Shown here: one piece after another, positions 20,303-30,449 of the stretch
How the letters are laid out: each line of letters starts with the position of its first letter
How positions within the stretch are numbered: position 1 is the stretch's first letter
From: Candidatus Campbellbacteria bacterium
Lineage (GTDB): Bacteria > Patescibacteriota > Minisyncoccia > Phycocordibacterales > CSBR16-193
Assembly (NCBI GenBank): GCA_007125155.1
Contig: SLDR01000010.1
Coordinates: 24,490-88,489 of the forward strand
Direction: 5' to 3'
DNA: 64,000 nt
Notes under the pieces: generated by a model
Databases searched by the model: none
Seen by the model: only the letters and a program-made list of their open reading frames with translations
What the model was told of the DNA's origin: nothing
Translations under genes and position numbers: made by a program

Positions 20303-20944
20303 TTAGGAGTTTTTGATATAAGGAACGTAAGAGACCATTCCCGTAAATCGATCCACCTCTTTAAATTCCGCATTTATTTTACTGAATACGATAAGGTCGT
20401 TTCCTATCGGTGCCACCATAATGCCGTTTTCCCTAAGGCTTTCTTTCATTTTGTTGGGAATATCGTCGTGCCTTTCGAAGGCCGCATTTACAAGTATCTT
20501 GTCGAATCCGTCGGAGTATATAACATCTTCTTCCGACGCGTGAAAAACAGCCACATTGGGCGCCTTTTCATGGTAAGATGATGCCCTGTTGCGGGTCAGT
20601 TCCACGAACTCATTAATTATGTCGATCCCGACTACCTCCCCTCCCGCTCCGACCAAATACCCCAAGAGTACCGTCGTCCAGCCTGATCCGCACCCAACAT
20701 CAAGGACCCTTTCACCCCCTTTAGGTTGGAGTAAGGAAAGAGTGAAGGCCACTATGGTCGGTTGTGATATTGTCTGTCCGTAGCCTATGGGGAGCGGATA
20801 ATCTTCGTAAGCTTCGACACGGTGATCATTTTCCACGAAGTCACCTCTGTCAACGGCCATGAACGCCTCTTTAAGATCCGGCGTTAGGACCCCGGTGTTC
20901 TTTTCAAGGTGTTCAATTAGATCTTCATTACTTTTTTCATTCAT
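20303..20944 (-). CDS. pcm: Protein-L-isoaspartate O-methyltransferase
   Basis: AYEDYPLPIGYGQTISQP and VLDVGCGSGW motifs. Confidence 0.93.
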   Translation of the reverse strand: MNEKSNEDLIEHLEKNTGVLTPDLKEAFMAVDRGDFVENDHRVEAYEDYPLPIGYGQTISQPTIVAFTLSLLQPKGGERVLDVGCGSGWTTVLLGYLVGAGGEVVGIDIINEFVELTRNRASSYHEKAPNVAVFHASEEDVIYSDGFDKILVNAAFERHDDIPNKMKESLRENGIMVAPIGNDLIVFSKINAEFKEVDRFTGMVSYVPYIKNS

Positions 20945-21021
20945 GGTCTCAATTAACCGGATAACAAATAACTTCGATCACCATTCAGATCCGATGTGAC
21001 CTATAGATAAAGTACCGTGTT

Positions 21022-21474
21022 TCAGTTGTAGATCGATCTGAACATCTTCCAAGCCGATGAAGCTCCACCTGAATCATTGTGGTGCTCTATTAGCATATCG
21101 GGATTGCTGTTAAGCGTTGTGTCGTCGCATAGATATTTTTCTCTGGCACCGTGGCGATTAAGTTGACTGAAAAAAGCATCCATGAGAGTAGCCAACGCAA
21201 CCACTTCAACCTTCATTATACATCTTACAGCCTTTTGGTCCTCTGAAGAATCCATCACATGACGGTAAAGGCGATCTGCGTATCTGTGAGCCAAATAAGA
21301 GCAATCGGAATTTTTTGCATTGTAGGTCTCGGCAAGCGAATCTATCTCTTTATCGTAAGTCTCGTTTCCGGACAGTATGAGATCGAGTGTTCTTATTATT
21401 GAAGCGATCTCCGAAGATAACCCGGGATGCTCTTCTTCCGGCGCATTTTTTCTTTTGGAGAGATATTCCAACAT
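21022..21474 (-). CDS. Hypothetical protein
   Basis: 150-aa ORF filling the gap, co-oriented with its neighbours. Confidence 0.6.
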   Translation of the reverse strand: MLEYLSKRKNAPEEEHPGLSSEIASIIRTLDLILSGNETYDKEIDSLAETYNAKNSDCSYLAHRYADRLYRHVMDSSEDQKAVRCIMKVEVVALATLMDAFFSQLNRHGAREKYLCDDTTLNSNPDMLIEHHNDSGGASSAWKMFRSIYN

Positions 21475-21543
21475 TTAATAATTATAACCTTATATATTCC
21501 TGTCAACAATACTTCAATGTGGAAATATCATGTCGGTGAGCCC

Positions 21544-22275
21544 TTACCTTGCGGTCCACCCTCCGTCGACATAAATGACCTCTCCCGTCACATATTTCGC
21601 TTCATCGGATGCCAAGTATATCGCTGTCGCCGCAATATCATTCGGCTCCCCCATGTGTCCCATCGGGGTATTGGATTTGACCATTTCATGGAACTCTTTG
21701 TTCTCTTTTACAACTTCGGTCATTTTGGTGTCAATGAATCCGGGCGCTATCGCGTTTACTCGGATCTTGAGATCAGACAGATCCAGTGCGCCGGAGTGAG
21801 TAAGCTGTACGACTCCGCCTTTACTTGCACAGTATGCAAGCGCATTTTTAAAACCGACTCTGCCTAGTATGGAACTTATGTTTATGATCGATCCTTGAAT
21901 ACCGTTCTCTTTCATATGTCTCGCGGAGGCTCTCATTCCGTAGAATGTTCCGGAAAGATTAATGCCGATCACTCTGTCCCAACCTTCGTTATCAGTATCC
22001 GTTATTCCACCGAGGGAACCGATACCCGCATTGTTGACCATTATGTCAAGGTGTCCGAACTTCGACACCGTTTCGGAAACCAACCTGTCAACTTGATCAC
22101 TTCTTGATACATCACACTTGATGAAGTGGGATCTTTCTGTAGATGTCGGACCACTCATTTCATTTATGTCTGAATATACGACGTTGGCACCTTCCGACAG
22201 GAAGGCGTCGGCAATGGCTCTACCTATACCGGAAGAAGAACCTGTTACTATGGCTGTTTTGTTGTTCAGTCTCAT
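21544..22275 (-). CDS. SDR family oxidoreductase (FabG-like)
   Basis: TGSSSGIG, NNAG, YCASK and VDGG motifs. Confidence 0.93.
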   Translation of the reverse strand: MRLNNKTAIVTGSSSGIGRAIADAFLSEGANVVYSDINEMSGPTSTERSHFIKCDVSRSDQVDRLVSETVSKFGHLDIMVNNAGIGSLGGITDTDNEGWDRVIGINLSGTFYGMRASARHMKENGIQGSIINISSILGRVGFKNALAYCASKGGVVQLTHSGALDLSDLKIRVNAIAPGFIDTKMTEVVKENKEFHEMVKSNTPMGHMGEPNDIAATAIYLASDEAKYVTGEVIYVDGGWTAR

Positions 22276-22307
22276 ATAAATTTATTTTATCAATAATTAT
22301 GTTACGA

Positions 22308-22655
22308 TCAAACGTCAAATTTTTCAGCGAGATGACCGATAAGGGGAAGTTCGGTCTCCTTATCATTAAGCGCGTTCACGATCCCGATTATTATGAAGGC
22401 CAAAAGCAAAAGTGAGCCGACCGAATATATTATGTACCCCAATATCGGCATAGTAAGAACCAGGAGAAGGAACAGCCATAGTACCAAAAGCAGGACTCCT
22501 TGTTTCAGATGAAATTTTACAAATTCATCATCCTTTGCGAGTAGAAAGGGTATTATTATCAATATCCCCAGATAAGCCAGGACTGCATAAAGCTTCCTGT
22601 CTTGCTTCTCGATCCCCGACCCCTCTTTTGTGTTCTCTTTTTGATCGTCATCCAT
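22308..22655 (-). CDS. DUF4870-like membrane protein
   Basis: LAYLGIL...FVKFHLKQG...ELPLIG pattern with three TM helices. Confidence 0.8.
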   Translation of the reverse strand: MDDDQKENTKEGSGIEKQDRKLYAVLAYLGILIIIPFLLAKDDEFVKFHLKQGVLLLVLWLFLLLVLTMPILGYIIYSVGSLLLLAFIIIGIVNALNDKETELPLIGHLAEKFDV

Positions 22656-22880
22656 ATTTCACCTTTAATTACGGTTTATTAAAATAATTCATATTATTAT
22701 ACTATATTTTTTACCACTCTCCTTAATTTGCCAATTTTTATTTGCGAGATGACGTATCCACTCTTACCGATTCGATACAGGTATTGAGGCCGCCTTTAAG
22801 TCTTGATAGGGCAAAGGATCTGTGGTATGGTTCCGTTCGGACATCGAACCTTTTAACCTTATCAAAGGAGGTGCCGGATC

Positions 22881-23210
22881 ATGCCTTCAAAGGAGTGTGT
22901 CGATAAGAATACGGAAGGCGTATCACGTATCTTATATTATCTCTCTGAAGGGTCAAAGGAAGTCGAGGAAATATGCGGAGGCTGTGAAGAGATTCATATT
23001 ATAACGGTCTCATTTTATGAGGAGGTATTCGCGGAGCTTGAAAGCGGAGAAGTCAAATACTTCGAGGAACTTATTCTCAGGAAAAGCGAGTATCCCGCAT
23101 GTCCCGACTGCCGGGGAAATCCTTTTTTTAACTTCACTAAACTGATAGGAGAGGTCAGAGAGGAGCTCGACAGAGAGAGGAAGGAGGAGTCTAAAAAGAT
23201 AAAGCAGTGA
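22881..23210 (+). CDS. Hypothetical protein with two CxxC pairs
   Basis: TTGATA-17-TATGGT promoter, AGGAGG RBS, CGGC and CPDC, terminator at 23216-23254. Confidence 0.75.
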   Translation: MPSKECVDKNTEGVSRILYYLSEGSKEVEEICGGCEEIHIITVSFYEEVFAELESGEVKYFEELILRKSEYPACPDCRGNPFFNFTKLIGEVREELDRERKEESKKIKQ

Positions 23211-23215
23211 TCCAT

Positions 23216-23254
23216 GATCCCCGCCGATGCGATCGGCGGGGATCTTTCTTATCG
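23216..23254. terminator. Hairpin terminator between convergent genes
   Basis: GATCCCCGCCGAT-GCG-ATCGGCGGGGATC followed by TTTCTT. Confidence 0.75.
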
Positions 23255-23273
23255 TCACCTTCGATGTATTCCG

Positions 23274-24275
23274 CTACCCCCTATATTTCAAGGGGACTTT
23301 ACCATCCTTGGACAAACTATTCACGACATCATCATAAGTATCCCTTAACGAAGAGTTGTACTTATCCGTGGCGTATCTGGGGATATCTATCGTCTTTCTT
23401 CTTTCCTCAAGTAGAGAATTTATGATATCCAGTATCTCTTTCTGCTTGATCACCACTTCGTCTGTATCTTTGAATTTGCATTCCCCTTCCTTTGCGCATG
23501 CAATGAAGGTCTCGAGCTGTAATTTTATCTGCTCCATGAAGAATATTTGGTAGTGATGTTCTGAGGCCTTAATGTTCGAGCCGGACTTTTCCTTCATTTG
23601 TTCGTACTTAATTTCGATCAGTTCGTCCAGTCCGCTATTTTGCACGCCTACTATAACCGAAGGTATCATCTCTATAGGTCCTTTGTACTCGTTATCAAAC
23701 GGGTCGGGTGATTGGAAGTACTTTATTTCCCCAAGTTTACCCCTAAGGACACCGCTTATGATATTCTTCATTTTTTTGTCGCAATTCTCACTCGGATAGT
23801 CGCCGCTTTTGGCATCAATGCAGAGCTTGGGCGTGTCGTTGCCCTCCCTACCGTCAAGTTTGAACTCCATTATGATATCGGTGCCTCTGAAGACGTCGTC
23901 AAACTCGGAAGCCTTGATGGTCATGGCTTCATCTCCGAACCAAGAGTTCTCCTCGAGGCTGTCCAAAAGAATAAGTTCCAAAAGCTCCGATCTTTTTGTT
24001 CTGGGAACCCAATCGGGATCTCTTTTTTTCTTTTCAATTTTCTCATGATCTTTTTCGATCGCTTCTTTACCGAATATTTCCTCAAAATCATTCATCTTTA
24101 TCATCTGTTCTTCGTATCTCTTGCGGAGCTCCATTAAAATATGATCCTCCATCTCTTCGACGCCGGGGTTGCCATCACTCGGTGTTACAGTTAATTGTTT
24201 TTCGATCTTTGATCTCATTTTGATTCTTTTATTTATTAAGAGGTGATCAATTTCAATGATAATATCATAAGGCAA
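23274..24275 (-). CDS. Hypothetical protein, possible PD-(D/E)xK-like fold
   Basis: 333-aa ORF with SEFDDVFRGTDII...CIDAK. The true start may be about 24218. Confidence 0.7.
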   Translation of the reverse strand: MPYDIIIEIDHLLINKRIKMRSKIEKQLTVTPSDGNPGVEEMEDHILMELRKRYEEQMIKMNDFEEIFGKEAIEKDHEKIEKKKRDPDWVPRTKRSELLELILLDSLEENSWFGDEAMTIKASEFDDVFRGTDIIMEFKLDGREGNDTPKLCIDAKSGDYPSENCDKKMKNIISGVLRGKLGEIKYFQSPDPFDNEYKGPIEMIPSVIVGVQNSGLDELIEIKYEQMKEKSGSNIKASEHHYQIFFMEQIKLQLETFIACAKEGECKFKDTDEVVIKQKEILDIINSLLEERRKTIDIPRYATDKYNSSLRDTYDDVVNSLSKDGKVPLKYRG

Positions 24276-24801
24276 CGAAGGTAGAGATCACCACTTCTCC
24301 TTCGCTTACAAGCGGGGTATCCAGTTCGGTATCGAACAAACGATCCCGATCTTCCTCTCTGTCGGCGACCACATATATCACCGCATGGTAAGGTTCTCCA
24401 CTGACCGTGCTCCTTAAAAGCTCCACCCGGCCGGTCGTCTCTTCTCGCCCGAAAAGACCGGCTCCAAGTATGTTACCGGGTTCTCCGTCGGAGTCTTCAT
24501 GTATGACAATCCACCGACTTTCGTTCAAAAACATTTCCGATATCAGTACCCGCTCACCCGCCTCTTGGTCGGGAATATGGATCCTATCCCCATTTTCCTC
24601 TATGGTCATTATCTCTTCATTATGTTCTTCATCCTCCAATCCCCCGTTATCATGTTCCGGATCCTCAGTTCCGACACTTTCTTCAACACTTTTTGAAAAA
24701 AACATGATCAACGCAACCGATATGAAAGCTATCATGAAGATGACGATCTTTGCCATTGGTGTAAGGCCCGAAAAAAAATTTGTTTGTCCTCCCTGCTTCA
24801 T
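24265..24801 (-). CDS. Membrane-anchored hypothetical protein
   Basis: N-terminal TM helix, then a beta-rich domain IPDQEAG...WIVIHE...GNILGA. Confidence 0.75.
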   Translation of the reverse strand: MKQGGQTNFFSGLTPMAKIVIFMIAFISVALIMFFSKSVEESVGTEDPEHDNGGLEDEEHNEEIMTIEENGDRIHIPDQEAGERVLISEMFLNESRWIVIHEDSDGEPGNILGAGLFGREETTGRVELLRSTVSGEPYHAVIYVVADREEDRDRLFDTELDTPLVSEGEVVISTFVAL

Positions 24802-24851
24802 ATGTTCTTAGTATTAAGTTATTGGTAATTAAAATTTAATAACGTCGTTAC

Positions 24852-25724
24852 CTATTCATGAGGCCGACGGTCCTTGTGTTCTCGGTTATTATTGAGATCG
24901 ATGATCGATTCGGCTTCGCTTAAAACGGTTTTATGTTTTTTTGGGTTAACTCCATAGAGTTCCAGCTTTTCCGAGTGTTCAACAATATCACGGCAGAGCA
25001 CCACGTTGTTTTCCATAAGTCTTTTCTTTTCCTTTTTTGAAAGACTTGTTATGGCCGTTACGGGATGTAGCTTGCTTTTTTCGATCAGGTCTTGAAGGTT
25101 CCCTTCTTTCGGGTGGTTCCAGCTGATCATATTTATGCCCGCGCATTCTCCGTAAGTCAGGGCGCTTTTGGTGAACTTGGTATTTGTTATAAGCCAGACC
25201 GCGTGAGGCTTCGTTTTGGCCGAAAGGTGCGGACTTTCCCACAGATCGTCAAAACGCGCCTTAACGAACAATGCCGTCTGCAGGTTGCTTTTGATCCCGT
25301 GTTCATTATGAAACTTGGTTTCCGCTACAAATATATGGGAATCATGACGGGCCAAAAAGTCGATCTCATGCTCTATGCACATCCCCTTCATCATGAGGCC
25401 GACCTCGGTCTCATAACCCAGTCTTGAGAAGACCCTGGCAACGAATTTCTCGAAAGGAAATCCCGTGGGACCCAATCCCATCACGGCTTCATTCAGGGAG
25501 TAACTGAGCGCGGCTTCTTTTTTGATCTTTTTAAGTTCGGAAAAGGCCTTTCGATAGATCTTTCTGGTCGTGATCCCTTTGTAAAGAATTTCCCTTATTT
25601 TTTCCAGCACTATTTCCGATTCCTCCCCCGACGCGCCCGCAAGATCCAAGGAATTTTTAAGTTTTGCGGGGTTGAAAACTTCCGTGTCTCCGTTTGCTTT
25701 TTTTACGATGGTATCGAAGCTCAT
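24852..25724 (-). CDS. ATP-cone domain fused to an Mrr-like restriction endonuclease domain
   Basis: ATP-cone IVKKANGDTEVFNPAKL; GPTGFPFEKFV, HEID, ETKFH and ITNTKFT motifs. Confidence 0.85.
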   Translation of the reverse strand: MSFDTIVKKANGDTEVFNPAKLKNSLDLAGASGEESEIVLEKIREILYKGITTRKIYRKAFSELKKIKKEAALSYSLNEAVMGLGPTGFPFEKFVARVFSRLGYETEVGLMMKGMCIEHEIDFLARHDSHIFVAETKFHNEHGIKSNLQTALFVKARFDDLWESPHLSAKTKPHAVWLITNTKFTKSALTYGECAGINMISWNHPKEGNLQDLIEKSKLHPVTAITSLSKKEKKRLMENNVVLCRDIVEHSEKLELYGVNPKKHKTVLSEAESIIDLNNNREHKDRRPHE

Positions 25725-26824
25725 TGGTACTTGATGATATCAATAATACCTCCACCTATGCAACGTTCCTTATCGTAAATAACAAGGGATTGTCCGACGG
25801 CGAGTCCGTGCAGAGGTTCCTTTAATGATACCACGGGCCCGTTCTTTTTGAGCGATACACGACAAGATACTTCGGTCTGCCTGTATCTGGTCATACACGA
25901 AAGATCCTGACCTTCAAGTTCTTCGATCGAATTATCCGGTATCCAGTTCTCATCCGAAATGATCACCTCTTTCGACTTGTGGTTTTGAGGATTTTGAGAA
26001 ACTTTCAATGTATTCGATCCCGCGTCTTTTTCTATTATGTAAAATGGATCACTGTCCGGGGTTTTTTTCTCTACGGTGAAACCGTGTCTTTGTCCGATGG
26101 TGTAAAAATGGGATCCATCATGAAAACCAATGATATTCCCCCTCTCATCAACAACATCTCCTTTGACCGGTGGAATGTACTGTGAGAGAAAGTGCTTTAG
26201 ATCCACTTCACCTATAAAACAGATCCCCTGACTGTCCTTTTTTGTGGCCGTTGGCAGACCTGCAGAAAGAGCCTCTTTACGGACATCCCTTTTTTGCATT
26301 TCACCGATGGGAAAAAGAGTTTTAGAGAAGACCTCGGAATCTACCGCCCAAAGAAAATATGACTGGTCCTTATTATCGTCTATTCCTTTGAAAAGCTGAT
26401 ATTCCTCCTTTCCTTCTTTATTTATATTCTTTATTCTGGCATAGTGGCCGGTCGCGATAAGATCCGCCCTCTCTTCCTCTATTGCCCATTTGTAAAAAAG
26501 ACCGAATTTTACAAATCTGTTGCACATAACATCCGGATTCGGTGTCCTGCCCGCTCTATATTCTTCGATCATATATTCAGTGACCTTTTTTTCGTAATGC
26601 TCCTTTGCATCGAATGTTTTAAAAGGGATGTCGAGTACGTCGCATACTTTCATGGCGTCGCGTCGGTCTTCTCCGGAAGTGCACCTTATGAAATCCGGTT
26701 GCCAGGTATCAATAAAAACACCTACAACATTGTATCCTTTTTTCTTCAGTATCATTGCGGTGACCGAGCTGTCGACCCCTCCGGAAAGTCCCACGTATAC
26801 GACCTCTTTATTTTTCGTTGTCAT
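25721..26824 (-). CDS. mnmA: tRNA 2-thiouridine(34) synthase
   Basis: SGGVDSS, TPNPDVMCN, ATGHY, KDQSYFL and DSQGICF motifs. Confidence 0.98.
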   Translation of the reverse strand: MTTKNKEVVYVGLSGGVDSSVTAMILKKKGYNVVGVFIDTWQPDFIRCTSGEDRRDAMKVCDVLDIPFKTFDAKEHYEKKVTEYMIEEYRAGRTPNPDVMCNRFVKFGLFYKWAIEEERADLIATGHYARIKNINKEGKEEYQLFKGIDDNKDQSYFLWAVDSEVFSKTLFPIGEMQKRDVRKEALSAGLPTATKKDSQGICFIGEVDLKHFLSQYIPPVKGDVVDERGNIIGFHDGSHFYTIGQRHGFTVEKKTPDSDPFYIIEKDAGSNTLKVSQNPQNHKSKEVIISDENWIPDNSIEELEGQDLSCMTRYRQTEVSCRVSLKKNGPVVSLKEPLHGLAVGQSLVIYDKERCIGGGIIDIIKYQ

Positions 26825-26923
26825 TATTAATAAATTATCATTTATGTTTTTTATTTACAAAAAACCCTTTTTAAAAAAAGATCCTTGTAATTCAATAATG
26901 GGACGAAAATTTGACCGGGTCTG

Positions 26924-27892
26924 TTACTGTCTCAAGTAATTCGCACGATTGTATTGATGACCGTCAAAATCCTCGGCATAGTACATATTCCCGGCAAGAT
27001 CGGAAAGAAAATACCAGTAAGGGTTCTCCAAAGGATCCATGGCCGCTTTTATGGCGTTGGCACCCGGATTGTTTATGGGCGTAGGAGGAAGACCCGTGAA
27101 CAGGTATGTGTTGTAAGGGTTGTCTATCTGAAGGTCTTCGAGGGTGAGTTGATAAGTATTTTTGTTATTTACATATATGAAGGTTGCGTCGACCTGAAGG
27201 GGCATCCCGGCATCATATCTCCTCCAGAGGATATCGGCGACCTTCCTCTTGCTCTCGACTGTGTTTGCCTCGGCTTCAAGAATGGATGCCATTATTATAA
27301 TGTCTTCGATCGATCGGTCCGTTTCCTTATCTTCTTTGATGCCGTTCAGTCTTGTTTCGAAGTTTCGCTCCATCCGATCAACTATCATTTCGGTTGTGAT
27401 GGAAGGGAAGAAAAAGTAAGTATCCGGAGCGAGGTATCCTTCTTTTGCGAGTGAGAAGAAAACTTCTCTGTCGAAGTTCTCAAATCTTTCATCAAGATAG
27501 CCGGCGATCCTCTCCAGACCCCATCCTTCAATAATGGTGACTCTCATAGGTCTCTTTCCATGGTCCCCCTCCACTATTCTTCTGGCGACATGATGAACGT
27601 GTGCCGGTTCGTGGAAATAATAGTCCCCGGCCGGTATGATATGTTCTCCCTTATAAAGAATGACGAATATTCTAAACCAGAATGATGATCGAATGACGTT
27701 CTCTTCTCGCATTTGCTCAGCTATGGTCGCCAGACTGCTACCTTCCTCTATCTCAACAGTTATTGAACCATTTATATCACCCGGTGGCGCTATGAACATC
27801 ACAAAGGTCACTATTGATATACATATCAACAGTATCGTTGATTTAAGGATGACCCAGCCAATGGACCTTTTTCTTTTATTGATGTTGATCAT
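26924..27892 (-). CDS. mltG: Endolytic transglycosylase MltG
   Basis: N-terminal TM helix; EGYLAPDTY, ASILEAE, LQVDAT and YNTY...GLPPTPINNPG. Confidence 0.95.
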   Translation of the reverse strand: MININKRKRSIGWVILKSTILLICISIVTFVMFIAPPGDINGSITVEIEEGSSLATIAEQMREENVIRSSFWFRIFVILYKGEHIIPAGDYYFHEPAHVHHVARRIVEGDHGKRPMRVTIIEGWGLERIAGYLDERFENFDREVFFSLAKEGYLAPDTYFFFPSITTEMIVDRMERNFETRLNGIKEDKETDRSIEDIIIMASILEAEANTVESKRKVADILWRRYDAGMPLQVDATFIYVNNKNTYQLTLEDLQIDNPYNTYLFTGLPPTPINNPGANAIKAAMDPLENPYWYFLSDLAGNMYYAEDFDGHQYNRANYLRQ

Positions 27893-27935
27893 TTTTTTTT
27901 AAATATTACTTTGCGGTCTACGCGAATCCTTTCGA

Positions 27936-29300
27936 TCAGACAGGGAGATCTGAGGGAGCGTCACCTTTCCTTGAAGTCACTCTCTGCAGTGTCGGGGTTG
28001 CCGATGATTCACCCGGGATGTGGAATATTGTCGCTAATTCCTCGGTACTCATTACTCCGTGTGGAGATTTGTAGGGAGGATAGAAATAGGATCTCCATCT
28101 GTAAGCGTTATACATCTGCTTCGAGACCCTCTTTTTCCTGAACCCTTTGTAATCCTGCCATGGGTAGTCGAAAACGGTATGTCCTCTTGTGGGTGCGAAT
28201 CCATTCATGTGTTCATAGTTGTATTGTTTGAATACGCTGACCAAACCGCTTATTGTGATAGGGTCAAAAGAGTCTTTCTCGGATATATACAAGGATCTTA
28301 TACCTACATCAAATGCTCTTTTGCTAAGGTTTCTTTCTATGGCTTTTATCGTCTCCGCCTGCCAAGTGGTCAGATTTATGGATGGAGCCCCCTCGGGAAC
28401 TTCGTCTATTCTGAGCGAAAGCTTGGGGGGCGCATTGTCCTTAATGATCTTTTGTATTATTTTTTGTCCTTCGTCCTTCCAATCAACCTTTCCGAAAAAA
28501 GAACCGGGTTTTTTCTTTTCCTTTTTATGTGCTCTTACAAGTATCTGTATCCACACAGCCTCTCCTCTGTTCAATGATGCCAAAAACTCAAGAACGGAGT
28601 TCATCGGATCGACGATGTATTCTTCTTTTATCTCTCTGTCCAATCCGTAGTCGATATATGTTCTAATCGGATAAGGGTCAGGCTTGGTGAGCTTGTATTC
28701 GCATGCCCAAAAATTGTATTTTTCCAGATCGAAAGGAATGTAATCGGTATAGTCTTCGACCTCGTAGACCTCGGCATCGGGGTATTGGGAATATATTGCC
28801 GCCTCTATGTGCCTCCTCCAGTTCTTCCGCATCCATATAAAGAAGTGGATCCTCCCTTCAAGAGATACCATTTCCAGTGAGAACCACGGACGTGTCTTCC
28901 CCTTTATCCAACGATCGATGAAAGTTCCTTCTCCCCCTGTCTGATGAAATGCTTCCAACAGAAGTTCCATGGCTATAAGGGGCTTTTTGGTGTCTTTTGG
29001 AACCTTTACCTCCATCAGTATCGTCTCTTGATCCATGAAAAAAGAGATCCGCTTATATGCCATGTAGGTATTTATGGCCGCCATGGTAAAGATCACGGGC
29101 AAAAAGATCAGAAGGACACCCAGCAACACTCTGAGAAAGATCTCTATGTTCCCGCCAGTTAGCCCGATGAGCAACAGAAGGCCGATGATCGAAAAAAAAG
29201 GCATCAAACCGACCATTACGTATATGGCGATTAGAACCTTTCTGTCCTGATCTTTCTTCTGTTCCTCTTCCGACGGAGGTGAGATCGATGTTTCCGGCAT
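27936..29300 (-). CDS. Conserved CPR-type membrane protein of unknown function
   Basis: Two N-terminal TM helices; FSLEMVS, IYSQYPDAEV, YPIRTY and EELATIFHIP motifs. Confidence 0.75.
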   Translation of the reverse strand: MPETSISPPSEEEQKKDQDRKVLIAIYVMVGLMPFFSIIGLLLLIGLTGGNIEIFLRVLLGVLLIFLPVIFTMAAINTYMAYKRISFFMDQETILMEVKVPKDTKKPLIAMELLLEAFHQTGGEGTFIDRWIKGKTRPWFSLEMVSLEGRIHFFIWMRKNWRRHIEAAIYSQYPDAEVYEVEDYTDYIPFDLEKYNFWACEYKLTKPDPYPIRTYIDYGLDREIKEEYIVDPMNSVLEFLASLNRGEAVWIQILVRAHKKEKKKPGSFFGKVDWKDEGQKIIQKIIKDNAPPKLSLRIDEVPEGAPSINLTTWQAETIKAIERNLSKRAFDVGIRSLYISEKDSFDPITISGLVSVFKQYNYEHMNGFAPTRGHTVFDYPWQDYKGFRKKRVSKQMYNAYRWRSYFYPPYKSPHGVMSTEELATIFHIPGESSATPTLQRVTSRKGDAPSDLPV

Positions 29301-29308
29301 ACTTGCCC

Positions 29309-30349
29309 TTATTCTACCACATGATAGAGGCCGTCTTCATCCTTTACAAAATGATTCGGATTTTGAAGGTTTACAAGTATGGTGTTCTCTCTGACGAATC
29401 TCTCCTTAAGAACCTCCTTTATTATCTCGTCTGCGGGAAGAGGGCCCTTTTGCTTTAGTATCCTTTTTATAACATCCCTGACAACTCCGCCCGTATATCC
29501 CCATTCCTTTAGAGCGTAGAGTCCTCGGCCTACCAGTACGAATCGGGGATCCTTTATGAGTTCGTTATGGGTAGTGGCAACATGGGCCTTCTTATTGAAA
29601 ATCTCTTCTATAGTTTTGGCGACCTCTCGGAAATGGATCGGTCTCCCTTGTTTTCTTAATACCAAAAATGCGTAATCCCGCATTCCTTTGGTGTTTATAT
29701 TTTTAGAATCTGCCTTCCCCCATTCTCCCAGAGGATTTTTTGATATTTTTTTAGATATTGAAAGCCATCTCCTGGCGATCTCTTCCTTTTTATAATCATC
29801 CGATACGTCCTCGAGGTATCTGAGAAATCTTTTTATCATGTCCGGTTCGGAGACCAATTCTTCATTGGACAGACTTTGGTAGAGCTTATGGAGGGATTCG
29901 TGTATCTTGCTCGAGAGGTCGGGATCAACGTGCCAACGATGTTTAAAAAGGTCGTCTTCTTTTTCTTTGTTGAAGTAATCGTCCAGATAAAGAAGAAACT
30001 GAAAGTGATTCCTGGTCTCCTTATCATCTGAAAGATAAGAGAGGAGATCCTCTTCGGATACGACAGCCCCCAGACCTTTGATTATGTCGTGTAGCTCATC
30101 AAAAACATGCGAGTATTTTTTGTATTCTTTGGATGATTTGATGGTTGATATGGAGTGTTTTTCGATCTGTCGAACACGCTCTCGAGTTATTCCATACTTC
30201 TTGCCTATAGCCTCAAGTGTTCTTTTTTCAGTATTTTTACCGAGACCATGACGTTCCGTTATTATTTCTTTGCCTCGGTCGGAAAGGGATTGCAATAAAG
30301 CTTTATTGACTTGTTTAGGTTTAAAGGTAACTATTGCGGTTTTTGGCAT
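29309..30349 (-). CDS. Putative transcription factor with a sigma70 region 4-like HTH and C-terminal winged HTH (HARE/RpoE-delta-like)
   Basis: TLEAIGKKYGITRERVRQIE; PIHFREVA...THNELIKDPRFVLVGRGLYALKEWG. Start moved to ATG 30349. Confidence 0.8.
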   Translation of the reverse strand: MPKTAIVTFKPKQVNKALLQSLSDRGKEIITERHGLGKNTEKRTLEAIGKKYGITRERVRQIEKHSISTIKSSKEYKKYSHVFDELHDIIKGLGAVVSEEDLLSYLSDDKETRNHFQFLLYLDDYFNKEKEDDLFKHRWHVDPDLSSKIHESLHKLYQSLSNEELVSEPDMIKRFLRYLEDVSDDYKKEEIARRWLSISKKISKNPLGEWGKADSKNINTKGMRDYAFLVLRKQGRPIHFREVAKTIEEIFNKKAHVATTHNELIKDPRFVLVGRGLYALKEWGYTGGVVRDVIKRILKQKGPLPADEIIKEVLKERFVRENTILVNLQNPNHFVKDEDGLYHVVE

Positions 30350-30449
30350 TTTGATTTTTATATGAATAAACTTGACCTCTTTTATTATTTTTTTATTCAA
30401 ACGTGCTAGGATTTATACCATATATAAAAATATTTTTCAAACATTTTCT

